NCBI RefSeq assembly: GCF_001194135.2
Contig: NC_068983.1
Span: forward strand, 14,389,767 to 14,453,766
Length of the DNA: 64,000 bases
Reading direction: 5' to 3'
From: Octopus bimaculoides
Lineage: Eukaryota
The notes under the pieces are model-generated. The model was not told the DNA's origin, searched no databases, and saw only the letters and a program-made list of their open reading frames with translations. Positions 12,561-23,779 of the stretch are shown here, in pieces (the stretch's first letter is position 1; each line of letters begins with the position of its first letter). Made by a program: the position numbers and the translations under genes.

Positions 12561-12938
12561 TGTATATATATATATATAATTATATATATATATATATATG
12601 AAGAACCATTTTAACGATGCGTACTGCCTTCATTCTTCGAAACGCCGGAGTTTTAATGGTGGCAGCTGATGAAGGGGATGTTTCTATGTGGCTTGCTTGT
12701 TTGTTGTACCTTGTTTACCATTTTTGTCCTTGTTCTTTTGCCACGTCATGTACCCAGTTATGTACATGTGGATGAACGTATATACATACATGTACATATA
12801 TATGCATATACTCATATATTGTTTATATATANNNNNNNNNNNNNNNNNNNNNNNNNNNNNNNNNNNNNNNNNNNNNNNNNNNNNNNNNNNNNNNNNNNNN
12901 NNNNNNNNNNNNNNNNNNNNNNNNNNNNNNNNNNNNNN

Positions 12939-12993
<55 letters not shown>

Positions 12994-14738
12994 GTATATT
13001 TATATGTATATATATGTATATACATATATTTGTATGTATGTGTGTATGTGTGTGTGAATCAAAGGTTGAACAAAAAGAATACAAGGAGAAAAGTTAGACG
13101 AAAGCAGACGAGACGAAAACTAAAAGGACGAGAAATTAGACAACGACACGATACACGGAATATTCAAAGCTGAGGTTTTCCTGTTCAGTAAAAAATGCAA
13201 AATATCATAGCAGTTTCACGCCAATTACCTTTGATACCGCTCAATTTTGCAGGCGCCAGTGCTTTTATTAAGCTATTGAGAAAAAGCTAGTGAATGTGTG
13301 CTAAGACAGGAACATACATGATATATAAATTCAACAGACAACGAATTATGCATATATTGCAACAGGAAGCCTTACGGCTAGATACAAACAGATAAAAAAT
13401 TATAGATATACCAGAAATACAACAGAAAGAGCTTTGCATCTGTCGAACAATCTGAGTGGAGTTGCGCAAAGCGGACGTAGAGTAAGTTCTATAGGACAGA
13501 ACGGACATAGCAGGAGCCGAGACTAGCGTAACTATTCTGGTCAAAGGTAAGTCGACAAAGAACCGCACCGGTTTTTCCGGACACTGGTCAAATGGTATGG
13601 AAGAGGAGGTGTTGAGAGAGGGAAAAACGGGTCGACAGAGAGAGAGAACGAAGGGGCAGAGGTAGAAAGAAGGGGGAAATGGCAGAGAGCGAGCGAGAGA
13701 GAAAGAGAGAGAGAGAAAGAGAGAACAAAGGAGCAGAAAGGATATATATATATAGGTGAAGTATGACGATGGGAAGGATGACTTCCCTTTGCAAATACTG
13801 AGAGGGCACAGAAAGTGTGTCAATAGGCAGCTAGAGTAGATGTTCTCCTGGGGCTACAAGCTACAGTAGCATTCACCCTTAGTGGTTAGCCGCATTTAAG
13901 TGGCAAATATACTTCACGTTGTCGTGCAGCTGTTCACAGATTTATCTATATATATATATGCACATTTATCTCAATTGCTTTTCAACTGCTTTTATTTGAT
14001 TTTGCTGCTAATTAAATTGTAGCAGAACCGGTTCATATAGAATCAGTATCATTCTAGTGGCCGTCCTGCTTTGCAAGATGGAGACGGCAATTTTTTCTAA
14101 AAACATCCGCTAGCGACATGGCCCCATATCCCGCATCTGTGTATGTATGTATGTATGTATGTATGTATGTTTGTATGTATGTATGAATGTGTGTATGTAT
14201 GCATGTACAACGTTATTCAGTTTATTTCAAGATTTCTTGCCAACCGAAAATGAACCGGATTCTAACTTAGATCCAATGCCCTAGACGTTAATGACCAGCT
14301 CTTTTTTCCAGCTTTCGGCCCTACAATTCCAGTAAGACACCCCACGTGACCGTAACTTTATTTCGTCGATTCAGGAAAATTCAGGAATGATTTGAGCTTT
14401 AAGTATCTAAGGAGCCAGAACAAATGTCACGAGGCATATAATTCTGCAAGCAACGAGATTCACTGCTCGTTACTGTATAGTGTTTTGTGTATTTCAGTGA
14501 CTGTGAGAACTAAGCCAGTGGAAGGGCGTCTCATGTAGAACAGGTCAAAGCATAGAGTCGCAACTAATATGGGTCATTTCTCAGAGATCGAAACACATTT
14601 ACATGGTGACAACAGCCCTACCTAAAAGAAAGCAAAGTTACCGAAGTTTTGATGACAATCCAAAACCGACCTGGAAGAAGAAACAGAAGAAGAGATAAGT
14701 CAGAGGCGAGAAACAGTGGAGAAGATTTGTCCGTGTTC

Positions 14739-15154
14739 CTTTACTCTTTTAATTGTTTCAGTCATTTGACTGCGGCCATGCTGTAGCACCACCAGTTGTT
14801 AAGCGGTTGATGGGGGAGGGGATAAACGCAAACAAAAAGACACACACACACACAGTTATATACGCACATACATTATATATATATATATATATATATATAC
14901 ATACGAGGGGTTTCAGTTTCCGTCTACCAAATCCACTCACANNNNNNNNNNATACGCACATACATTATATATATATATATATATATATATACATACGAGG
15001 GGTTTCAGTTTCCGTCTACCAAATCCACTCACAAGGCTTTGGTCAGCCCGAGGGTATAGTAGAAGAAACTTGACCAAGTAGCCATGCAGTGGGATTGAGC
15101 CCAGAACCATGTGGTTGTGAAGCAAGCTTCTTACCACACAGCCACGCCTGCGCC
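14739..15154 (-). mobile_element. SINE family B, internally deleted and spanning a 10-N gap
   Basis: Tail TTGTTTCAGTCATTTGACTGCGGCCATGCT and head CTTCTTACCACACAGCCACGCC, both read on the plus strand. Confidence 0.85.
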
Positions 15155-15575
15155 TAGTCTAAGTAATTCATTAAGTAATGCCTAAGTAAGTCCTAATAGT
15201 ACTAACTGATTTTCACTGTCATAATTCTCTTTCTGTTTGGTACTTATGGAATATGTATAAGACTATAATAATTACGAGGGTTGATATGTCCAACTAAAAT
15301 CCTTCGGAATGTGAACTTTGGTTGTCCAACCAGTGAAACAAAGAAGTGATCAAACTCTAAAAGTATAACACTGTAAAATGTCCCGGAAGACTTAAAACAA
15401 ACGTCTTAAAAATAAATATTTCCACGATTCACTGTATCATGGGATCCTCTCGTATTCAATTCCTAGTAAAAACAGGCCGGATGGTCATAATTGGAATGTG
15501 GGAATGTGGTTTATTTTATATCTCCTCCATCAGAAACGATGTGTGTTAAACAAGATCTGTACGCACACACGTACA

Positions 15576-15612
<37 letters not shown>

Positions 15613-16975
15613 NNNNNNNNNNNNNNNNNNNNNNNNNNNNNNNNNNNNNNNNNNNNNNNNNNNNNNNNNNNNNNNNNNNNNNNNNNNNNNNNNNNNNNNN
15701 NNNNNNNNNNNNNNNNNNNNNNNNNNNNNNNNNNNNNNNNNNNNNNNNNNNNNNNNNNNNNNNNNNNNNNNNNNNNNNNNNNNNNNNNNNNNNNNNNNNN
15801 NNNNNNNNNNNNNNNNNNNNNNNNNNNNNNNNNNNNNNNNNNNNNNNNNNNNNNNNNNNNNNNNNNNNNNNNNNNNNNNNNNNNNNNNNNNNNNNNNNNN
15901 NNNNNNNNNNNNNNNNNNNNNNNNNNNNNNNNNNNNNNNNNNNNNNNNNNNNNAGAGAGAGAGAGATACATATATATATATATAAACACACACATATATA
16001 TCCATTCTTCTGTACTAATAAATATTTAACACATTTTGTATTTTATGTCAGTGCATTTTCATTGTATAAGCCCAGATAGAAGTTCGTGACAAGCTCATCT
16101 AAAATTCAAAATATTTTACAAAGGAATAAATAATAAGCTATTTAAAAATGATGTAACATTCCTTTGTAATACAATGTAAAATATTTCATATTTTGATTTA
16201 ATGTGAAAATATAAAAGCGTAACTACAGTGTAACAAATCGAAGCATCTTTTCTTTCGTTCCCTATTTACAATCGAGTCGTTAAATATAATAGTCATCTTT
16301 TGGAAACACATAATGCGATAGTAATAAATTATATACAAATAGTATATTAAGGCATAAAATGGCGGCTACAGTAATTCTGAAGCCTAAAGCAGTTCCTGTA
16401 AAGTAGGTGGAGCTAAAGTTTAATATAAATTTGCCTACGATAACGTCAGTAGTTAATGTGCTTAATTTATCTCCTGCAACTCATAAGCACTTTAAATAGG
16501 AATTGATGGAAAACATGGTGATGATGATAGTAGCAATATGAAATTGTCGGAATTGAGTAGCCATGGCGATATCTTTTCAACCTTGGTGAAATTAACACAT
16601 CGTTAGTGATGATTATAATAACGGCTGAGCTGCAGTTTGAAGATGTTTGATCAAAAGAAGTTGGATAAATTGTTCTACGCAATCTTTCTGTGTTCAATGG
16701 AAATCATTTGTAAATCATACAATCACAGCAGAGTCGTTACACAGATATAAATATATTCATAAGTCCAGCACCTCTTAAAGAATTACAGAAGTGTACAAAT
16801 GTGTCTGCCCATTACAGAGGCGTACAGATATGTTTACCATAAGCATAATATGAAGCGTGGGAAAATACTTTTTCTGCGTATACATATATGTCTATTTCTG
16901 TGTGTGTAATGTGTACGCATGACCGGATAGGTAAAAAAAAAAAGATATTAGTAAGCAAGCGGTCTCAGTTTCGAT

Positions 16976-17860
16976 CTTAGATAAAACTTAGATAAAACTT
17001 TGATATGTTTCGACTAAAAATTGGTCCAGGCCATGTCTAACTTAATAGCACCACCTGATAGGATTATCTAAATCCTTTTTAAAGTCAAGTTTTGTTTATA
17101 GTCCCTTCAAGTAGTGAGTTCTTGTTGAGTGAGTTGTATCCAGGTATGGGTAGCTTGTCTGGTATTCCTTGAAGAAATCTGTCCAGACTCCGTTTAAAGG
17201 TAATGGGATCCTTTTCCTCTTTGATCAGTTTTGGGACAATGTGAAACAGGGCAGGGCAGGGCTTGTTGAGGAAAAGAAATTGTGTCGCACTGTACCTATA
17301 TATTGTGAACCTGAATTGGGTAGGGGACGTATGGCCCATGGTCCCAGCCTTGGATGAACATTGAAACTAATGTTCAGATTGTTTGGGAAATGCTGGCGGT
17401 ATATTCTCCCCATCGTACAAATGATGTACCGCTCGCTGCGGCGCTGCAGACAGTAGAGTTTCAATGCTTTAAGGCGGTCCCAGTAATCGAGATCAGTCAT
17501 GCCCTGAATTCGTTTAGTGAGTGCCCTCTGGGGTAATTCAATTTTCGAGATGTTTTGTTTTGTTTGGGGAGACCACAAGGGGCAGCAGTATTCGTGTGGC
17601 CGTACAAAGGAGGAGAAAACTGGAATGATTACACCTTGTTCACTGGACCGTAAGGTCCTTAAGATCTAGGAGCTCATCCTACGAGCTATATCGACCTTAT
17701 TGTTGATGTAGGCACTCCAACAGAGATTGTTAGCAATAATTACACCTAGGTCTCTGATATTATTAGATGCTGTGAGCGGTTCCTCTGAAGGAAGCCCGTC
17801 CATACATTTGATTTTGCCTCTCTTCAAGACTAACACATCGCACTTTCTCAAAAGCACATT
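16976..17860 (-). mobile_element. 5'-truncated CR1-clade LINE (RT C-terminus and 3' end)
   Basis: Minus frames: NIRDLGVIIANNLCWSAYI, FVRPHEYCCPLWSPQTKQNISKIELPQRALTKRI, LDYWDRLKALKLYCLQRRSERY, FKRSLDRFLQGIPD. The 3' end is a short tandem repeat (CTTAGATAAAA)x2. Confidence 0.85.
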
Positions 17861-17911
17861 ATTGTTGTTGTTGTTGTTGTTGTTGTTCTTCTTCTTCTTC
17901 TTCTTCTTCTT

Positions 17912-18000
<89 letters not shown>
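17860..18000. repeat. Compound (TTG)n(TTC)n(TTA)n microsatellite
   Basis: Seen directly. Confidence 0.95.
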
Positions 18001-18005
<5 letters not shown>

Positions 18006-18080
18006 TCATTGTCTGGATTCGAACTCGGTATCTTGGGGTTAGTAGCCCGCGCTCTTAACCATTATGTTCTATGCCCGTGA
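18001..18080 (-). mobile_element. tRNA-derived SINE head / tRNA pseudogene followed by (AAT)n
   Basis: Minus strand GGGCATAGAACATAATGGTTAAGAGCGCGGGCTACTAACCCCAAGATACCGAGTTCGAATCC has a degenerate A box and a good B box. The acceptor and anticodon stems are imperfect. Confidence 0.75.
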
Positions 18081-18149
18081 GCCTATGGCAGTAATAATAA
18101 TGATGATGATGATGATCATACTACTACTACTACTACTACTACTACTACG

Positions 18150-18183
<34 letters not shown>

Positions 18184-18207
18184 ATAATAATAATAATGAT
18201 AATAATA

Positions 18208-18368
18208 ACATCGAAAAATACCTTATGAATGAGAACCCAGGTTCGAAATTTCCCAAGACACCTGATGAAGGCTGGAGAGTATATCAGCCGAAACGTAATG
18301 TTAGCAACAAACAAGATAGGGACAAATATCCGTCAAATGTAAATAATGTAAATAATGTAAATAATGTA
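18208..18368 (+). mobile_element. Penelope-like element terminal segment with (AAATAATGT)3 tail
   Basis: Contains the CTGATGA...GAAACG motif typical of PLE ends, is preceded by a microsatellite and ends in short tandem repeats. Confidence 0.6.
18257..18302 (+). ncRNA. Minimal type-I hammerhead ribozyme motif
   Basis: GACAC-CUGAUGA-A-GGCUG[gagaguauau]CAGCC-GAAAC-GUA-AUGUU. Stem II has 5 Watson-Crick pairs, stem III is the palindrome ACGU, and stem I has 4 pairs plus a C-A mismatch. Confidence 0.65.
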
Positions 18369-19034
18369 TAGCAGTAGTTCTTATCATTATTATTATCATC
18401 ATTATCATTACAACTATCACCGTTACTATAGCAATCGTTATATATTGTCCATTTCAAAACAAGTTTGAATTTATCAATAAAATTTTGTCCTCTGACATTT
18501 CTCGCGATTTCACTTGAGTTGTGTAGTTTTTAGAATGAGTAATTGATTTTACTGCTTTTTTTTGCTTTTGATAATATAATGTATCAGGATCAACATCGAA
18601 ATTCACACATATTGAAGTTTAAATATGTTCATACGTAAATTATTATTCATATATGTCCATGTACATTGTATAATATGCAATGGCTTAAACCAGAATAAGG
18701 ATAGAATGCAAGCAAGTGTTTGAGTCAACGCTCTAATGACACTGCTAAAGTGTCAGTCGGTCGGAGATGATGCATTGACGTAACTGTTAGACCGACCGTA
18801 AGAGATAACTTGCAGTAATTGTTTCGTCCCTCTGCGTTTTGCCGACAACGCTTGCGATGATATTGGTGGCAAGCTACAGCAGTTTGTAAGAAAACCATTC
18901 CTTTGTATACGAATAACAGGCTTCAGTGTTTGTTTTATATTCATGCAGTATTTCGATCGACGCTACAAACAAACATACTAAGGTGAGAATTTACAAAAAA
19001 AACAACAAAAAAAAAACAACAACAAAAAAAACAA

Positions 19035-19165
19035 CAAAAGACGAAGACTGATGTGTAAACAACAAAGCGATGTATTAGTTTAACGCTCGGGAAGTGAGAA
19101 CGTCTTTTACGTTTCGAACCTACGCTCTTCGACAGAAAGGAACGCAGAAATAAACAGGGAGAGAA
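19035..19165 (-). mobile_element. Penelope-like terminal repeat family G
   Basis: Homologous to the copies at 9389 and 29220; the most complete copy in the window. Confidence 0.7.
19104..19139 (-). ncRNA. Hammerhead-like motif with variant core (CUGUCGA)
   Basis: CUUU-CUGUCGA-A-GAGC[GUAG]GUUC-GAAAC-GUA-AAAG. Stems I and II both pair; position 6 is U instead of the conserved A. Confidence 0.5.
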
Positions 19166-19408
19166 AATAGAAAACCGTTTAGAGGCTAGAGATCTCTCAT
19201 GGCTAATGCCGGATAGAGGGGGAATATTCGAAGACCTGGCATCTAGATAACTGAAACAAATGACGGGTAGTATCGGGTATAACGAATATTACTCAGAATA
19301 CGTATGTGATTTTATGTGTCTGTGTGGGGTTTACATAGATGGATAGATGTACACATACACACATATATATAGAGGGAGATAGATAGATAGATAGATAGAT
19401 AGATAGGC

Positions 19409-19496
<88 letters not shown>

Positions 19497-20057
19497 TTAT
19501 AAGTGTATGTTTATGTTTGTGCACTTGTATGAGAAAAAGGTTTAAGAAACCATCATGATCGGATGTAAAAATTGAAAATTTATAATTTGAAAAATAAATG
19601 GCGCCAACTGAATTTATTGTTCGCAACAGAATCAACTTAAAAACTTATCGAAACATCATTAATTGTTATAGTTTTGTTCCTTTATTTCGTTTTGTTCTGC
19701 ACTTTATTGTTTTAGTAGAATAGCAGTATTAGTCGCTAATTACATAGCAATAATTATTTACCTCTATCCTCATCCTCTACCTACCACAGATCAAATCCCT
19801 CGATAACAATCATTACCATGCAAACATCTAATCAAAATCGATAAATAGGGATATATAGCTTGTTGAAAAATATATAAAAAAACAATACAAATATGCACTA
19901 GTCAACTAGACTCGGGTTTATTGGTGCCAATATATACTATGAACCAAGAATTGTGTACTGAGAATGTTTAATTACGCAGCGGTTGTGTGGGTGTAGGCGT
20001 ACATAAAATATCTGTGCGTGTGAGTGTGCGTGTGTATGTGTGTACATGCGCGCGCAA

Positions 20058-20109
<52 letters not shown>

Positions 20110-20456
20110 TTGTGTGCGCGTGTGAATAAGTTTAAGCTCAACTAATTTTCTGTGTTATGTGACAGTATGTAGTTAATAAGTGCATGTCACTCTATAAACG
20201 TGTGTGTTTTTATTTAAGCTAAAGTAAGTTGCAGTATGGATGTTTGAGATTCATATAACGGTTACGTGGTAATACGCGTAGTGTTGCATAACCGTTATAC
20301 AACATATCTAGGTATGACAATATGTATGTGTATTTGTGTATCTATGAATGTACTTGTCTTTAATCATAACTACAGTACAGTGTAATATTCGTGCTTAAAA
20401 ATTAATGACTATTTGATAGAACATGGATATAGTATGGTTGTATATTGATATAGATA

Positions 20457-20572
20457 CTGGCATGGCTGTGTGCTTAAGAAGTAAGATTTACAACTACGTG
20501 GTTTCGGGTTCAGTATCACTGTGCGTCACCTCGGCCAAATGCCTTCTATTATAACCACATGCCGAGCAATAC
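20457..20572 (+). mobile_element. SINE family B, old 5' fragment
   Basis: GGCTGTGTGCTTAAGAAG..CGGGTTCAGTATCAC, directly abutting the minus-strand copy. Confidence 0.65.
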
Positions 20573-21008
20573 CTTACTCTTTTACTTGTTTCAGTCATTT
20601 GACTGCGGCCATGCTGGAGCACCGCCTTTAGTCGAACAAATCGACCCTAGGACTTATTCTTTGGAAGCCTAGTACTTATTCTACCGGTCTCTTTTCCCGA
20701 ACTGCTAAGTTACGGGGACGTAAACACACCACCATCGGTTGTCAAGCGATGATGCGGGGAAACAAACACAGACACACAAACATATACACACACACACACA
20801 TACATATATACGACGGGCTTCTTTCAGTTTCCGTCTACCAAATCCACTCACAAGCCTTTGGTTGGCCCGANNNNNNNNNNTCCACTCACAAGCCTTTGGT
20901 TGGCCCGAGGCTATAGTGGAAGACACTTGCCCAAGGTGCCACGCAGTGGGACTGAACCCCAGAACCATGTGGTTGGTAAACAAACTTACTTACCACACAG
21001 CCACTCCT
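20573..21008 (-). mobile_element. SINE family B, full length (10-N gap with duplicated flank)
   Basis: Complete tail, internal (CA/TA)n and head. Confidence 0.9.
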
Positions 21009-21469
21009 TGTTAGTAATTTTGGTAGAGGGGAAAACTATATGGAAGTTCGTCGTGTCTATGAATTTATAGTTAATTATATGCGTTTATTAAAGTATATCG
21101 ATGTCACTTTGCGTCTGTATTTGTCCGAACTATCGCTTGACAAGCAGTGTTGGTTCACTCACAAGAGCGTGACGCCGTCGTTTGGTAAAAAGCGGTATGA
21201 TAAATACCACACTTTGAAAAAATGTATAGATACAGGGGTTGCTTTACTAGACCTTCAAGGATTAGTAAAATACAGTCGACTCATATATTTATTTTTTAAG
21301 TATATACATATGTGTGTGTATGTCTGTGTGTGTCATTGTGTCCCTGTGTATGTGTATGTGTGGCCGTATATGTGTATGTATGCATGTGTTAGTGAGTGAT
21401 TGTGTATTATTGTATCGATGAATGTGTGTTTGAGTGAGCTGTGTATATTTCAGTATGATTATCTGCAAA

Positions 21470-23450
21470 CAACTTGCAGACTCAAATCTTACCAATTTAA
21501 AGCTCTTCGTATCGAACACATGCCGGCTTCTTCTCTACTGTTTCATTGTGCACTGGTACCCCACACTGAGCTAAGGCCACACTTATTAGATCGACTGGTT
21601 GTTAGGCTGCACTAAATATTCTTCTAGCCATTTCTCATCGACACTCTTTAGCCTAATCCAGCGACTTTCCTTCTCCACTGTAGTCTGGCTGTCTCTCGTG
21701 ATAATATACGCTTTACACTGAGTTAGGCGCAGTGACAACTGCCATCGCCTCATATTGCTTCCAATGAAACCTCTATTTCCAACTTTGATTGGATTATGTT
21801 CTGCTTTTCAGTCTGCGTCTTCATATTTCTCGAGGAGGTGGAGGTGTTGATGTCAGTCAATCTTTCGAATCCGAACGGTGTCCATGTTATCTTCATCAAC
21901 TCAACCAGATCTATCACTTTTTTTTCCTTACACCACATGATAATATTTGGTTTCATTGTATCTAAAATGGGGAAGAATCTTTGGCACAATGGTAAATCTG
22001 CAACCATTTTCTAATTAACGATGGAAACAGCCATTCTACTTTCCATCGTTAATTAGAATTTTCTTCTTCAAACAGATCTGCTGTCCTATGGGCATTCCTG
22101 AGGATGAAATGTCCAGCTATTTTTTTTTCCTGTGGTTTGTTACGATTGTTGATTAGCGCAACTTAATTCCATGAAGCATAGAAGAGAACATTAAGAACCA
22201 GATTTTGTCTCCAAGTATATCTATCCAACCCCAGTGTACACTTGGAAAGAATATGTTTCTTATTTCTTTATTACCCACAAAGGGATAAACACAGAGGTGA
22301 CAAACAAGGACAGACAAAGGGATTAAGTCGATGACATCGACCCCAGTGCGTAACTGGTACATAATTTATCGACCCCGAAAGGATGAAAGGCAAAGGCGAC
22401 CTCGGCGAAAGTTGAACTCAGAACATGAAGACAGACGAAATACCGCTAAGCATTTCGCCCGCCGTGCTAACGTTTCTGCCAGCTCGCCGCCTTAAGAATA
22501 TGGAAAGAATATGTTTCAGTGTTTCCTACTTCCTCGCATCTGGATTTATCACTCTTTGATACCTTCCATCATCTCACAAGGTTTGTAGAGGATGGCAAAA
22601 CATCATAGAATGAATGAATCAAACATTTTAGTCGTGATGTACTCCACATACATATTTCATTCCAGCTCATTTTTCTTGCTGTTACGTGCTCTTCCCATCT
22701 TATCATCTGTCCTTGTTGTGAGCATTGAATCAAGTAAAGCTCTTTTCTCTCTGCTTTACACTGCCTTTACACTGTTACTAACAAGAATCTACGTTCGCTC
22801 TCCATCACGCTTAAATATGGTCTGAAAAGATTTGGGCCAAACCCAAGTCCCTTCCGATCAATTTCGGCAGCAGTCACAGTATCTCGATGTTTTAGTGACG
22901 TCTAGATGTCACTAGATGTCACTGCTTCCGCTTTGCACTTTCTGGTTGTTTTTACACCTGGTGAATTACACCTTATTTCTTTGCCCATGGACACGCTTAT
23001 CATTACTGTTCTTGCCTTCCCTACTTTACAAATTTCGACAATTGACGCTAAATGTAATCACAGTGAGCCCCTTAGCTTTTCATTATACAAGGTGGACTTA
23101 ATCATTTCCTAATGAACACATTGCACTCTTGCTCAATAATTTGAATTTAACTCATGACAACGTCACCTCGTATATTTATAGTAGCCATGAAAGGCGTAGA
23201 TACAGGCTAAACAGCAGACACCCTATTTTATACTTGCCTGGTGATTTTGAACCATTAATTGCCGTTAGTACATCCTCAGTTTGTTTCATAATCTGCATCC
23301 GGGGAGGGTGGTGCATCAGACAATGTTCCAGAGAATGCACAGTCCAGGCTCTTAACAGTTTCTTATTAGACTGTTGGTATACTTTCTTACTTACTTTTGC
23401 TTTTTCAAATACCATTTCTTCCTGCACTTCCTTAAGGTTGTGCGACTTTT
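21470..23450 (-). mobile_element. HERO/NeSL-type (R2-group, restriction-like endonuclease) non-LTR retrotransposon remnant
   Basis: Minus frames in order: IPTV..VKSL..SGTLSD; SPGKYKIGCLLFSLYLRLSWLL; LASIVEICKVGKARTVM; LKHRD; QGQMIRWE..MSWNEI..LIHSFYDVLPSSTNL; KHILSKC...RYTWRQNLVL; KPNIIMWCKEKKVIDLVEL; EDNMDT.RIRK; IKVGNRGFIG; TVEKESRWIRLK. Many stops and frameshifts. Confidence 0.8.
22260..22500 (-). mobile_element. SINE family C (tail 1) inserted in the HERO remnant
   Basis: Reverse copy of 9020-9253; 17-bp TSD TGGAAAGAATATGTTTC (22243-22259, 22501-22517). Confidence 0.9.
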
Positions 23451-23453
23451 TGT

Positions 23454-23454
<1 letters not shown>

Positions 23455-23512
<58 letters not shown>

Positions 23513-23580
23513 GTCTGCCTGTCTGTATGTCTGTCTGTATGCATGTATGTTTGTCTCTGTCTGTCTGTCTGTCTCTCTCT
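23455..23580. repeat. (ATCT)n/(GTCT)n microsatellite
   Basis: Seen directly. Confidence 0.95.
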
Positions 23581-23706
23581 ACCTATTAATCTCTCTGCCA
23601 GTGTTATAAATTACGTGTCTATGTGTGCTTGTGCTAAAGCGTGTTTTATTAGAATGTGTGACTGTGTGGCATATTTTTGCGTATCTTCAGCATAGTATAA
23701 TCCACA

Positions 23707-23779
<73 letters not shown>

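Noticed and set aside
12625-12690. GAAACG followed by CTGATGA (possible permuted hammerhead)
   Set aside because: Stems I and III cannot be formed convincingly and no GAAA follows the core.
13287-13823. 178-aa minus-strand ORF
   Set aside because: Largely CT-repeat-derived, low complexity, and has no recognisable motif.
18001-18080. Possible functional tRNA gene
   Set aside because: The acceptor and anticodon stems do not pair properly, the A box is degenerate, and it runs into a microsatellite.
20254-20310. 11-bp inverted repeat followed by CTAG (Helitron-like 3' end)
   Set aside because: The hairpin loop is long, the base after CTAG is not T, and no 5' TC end was identified.
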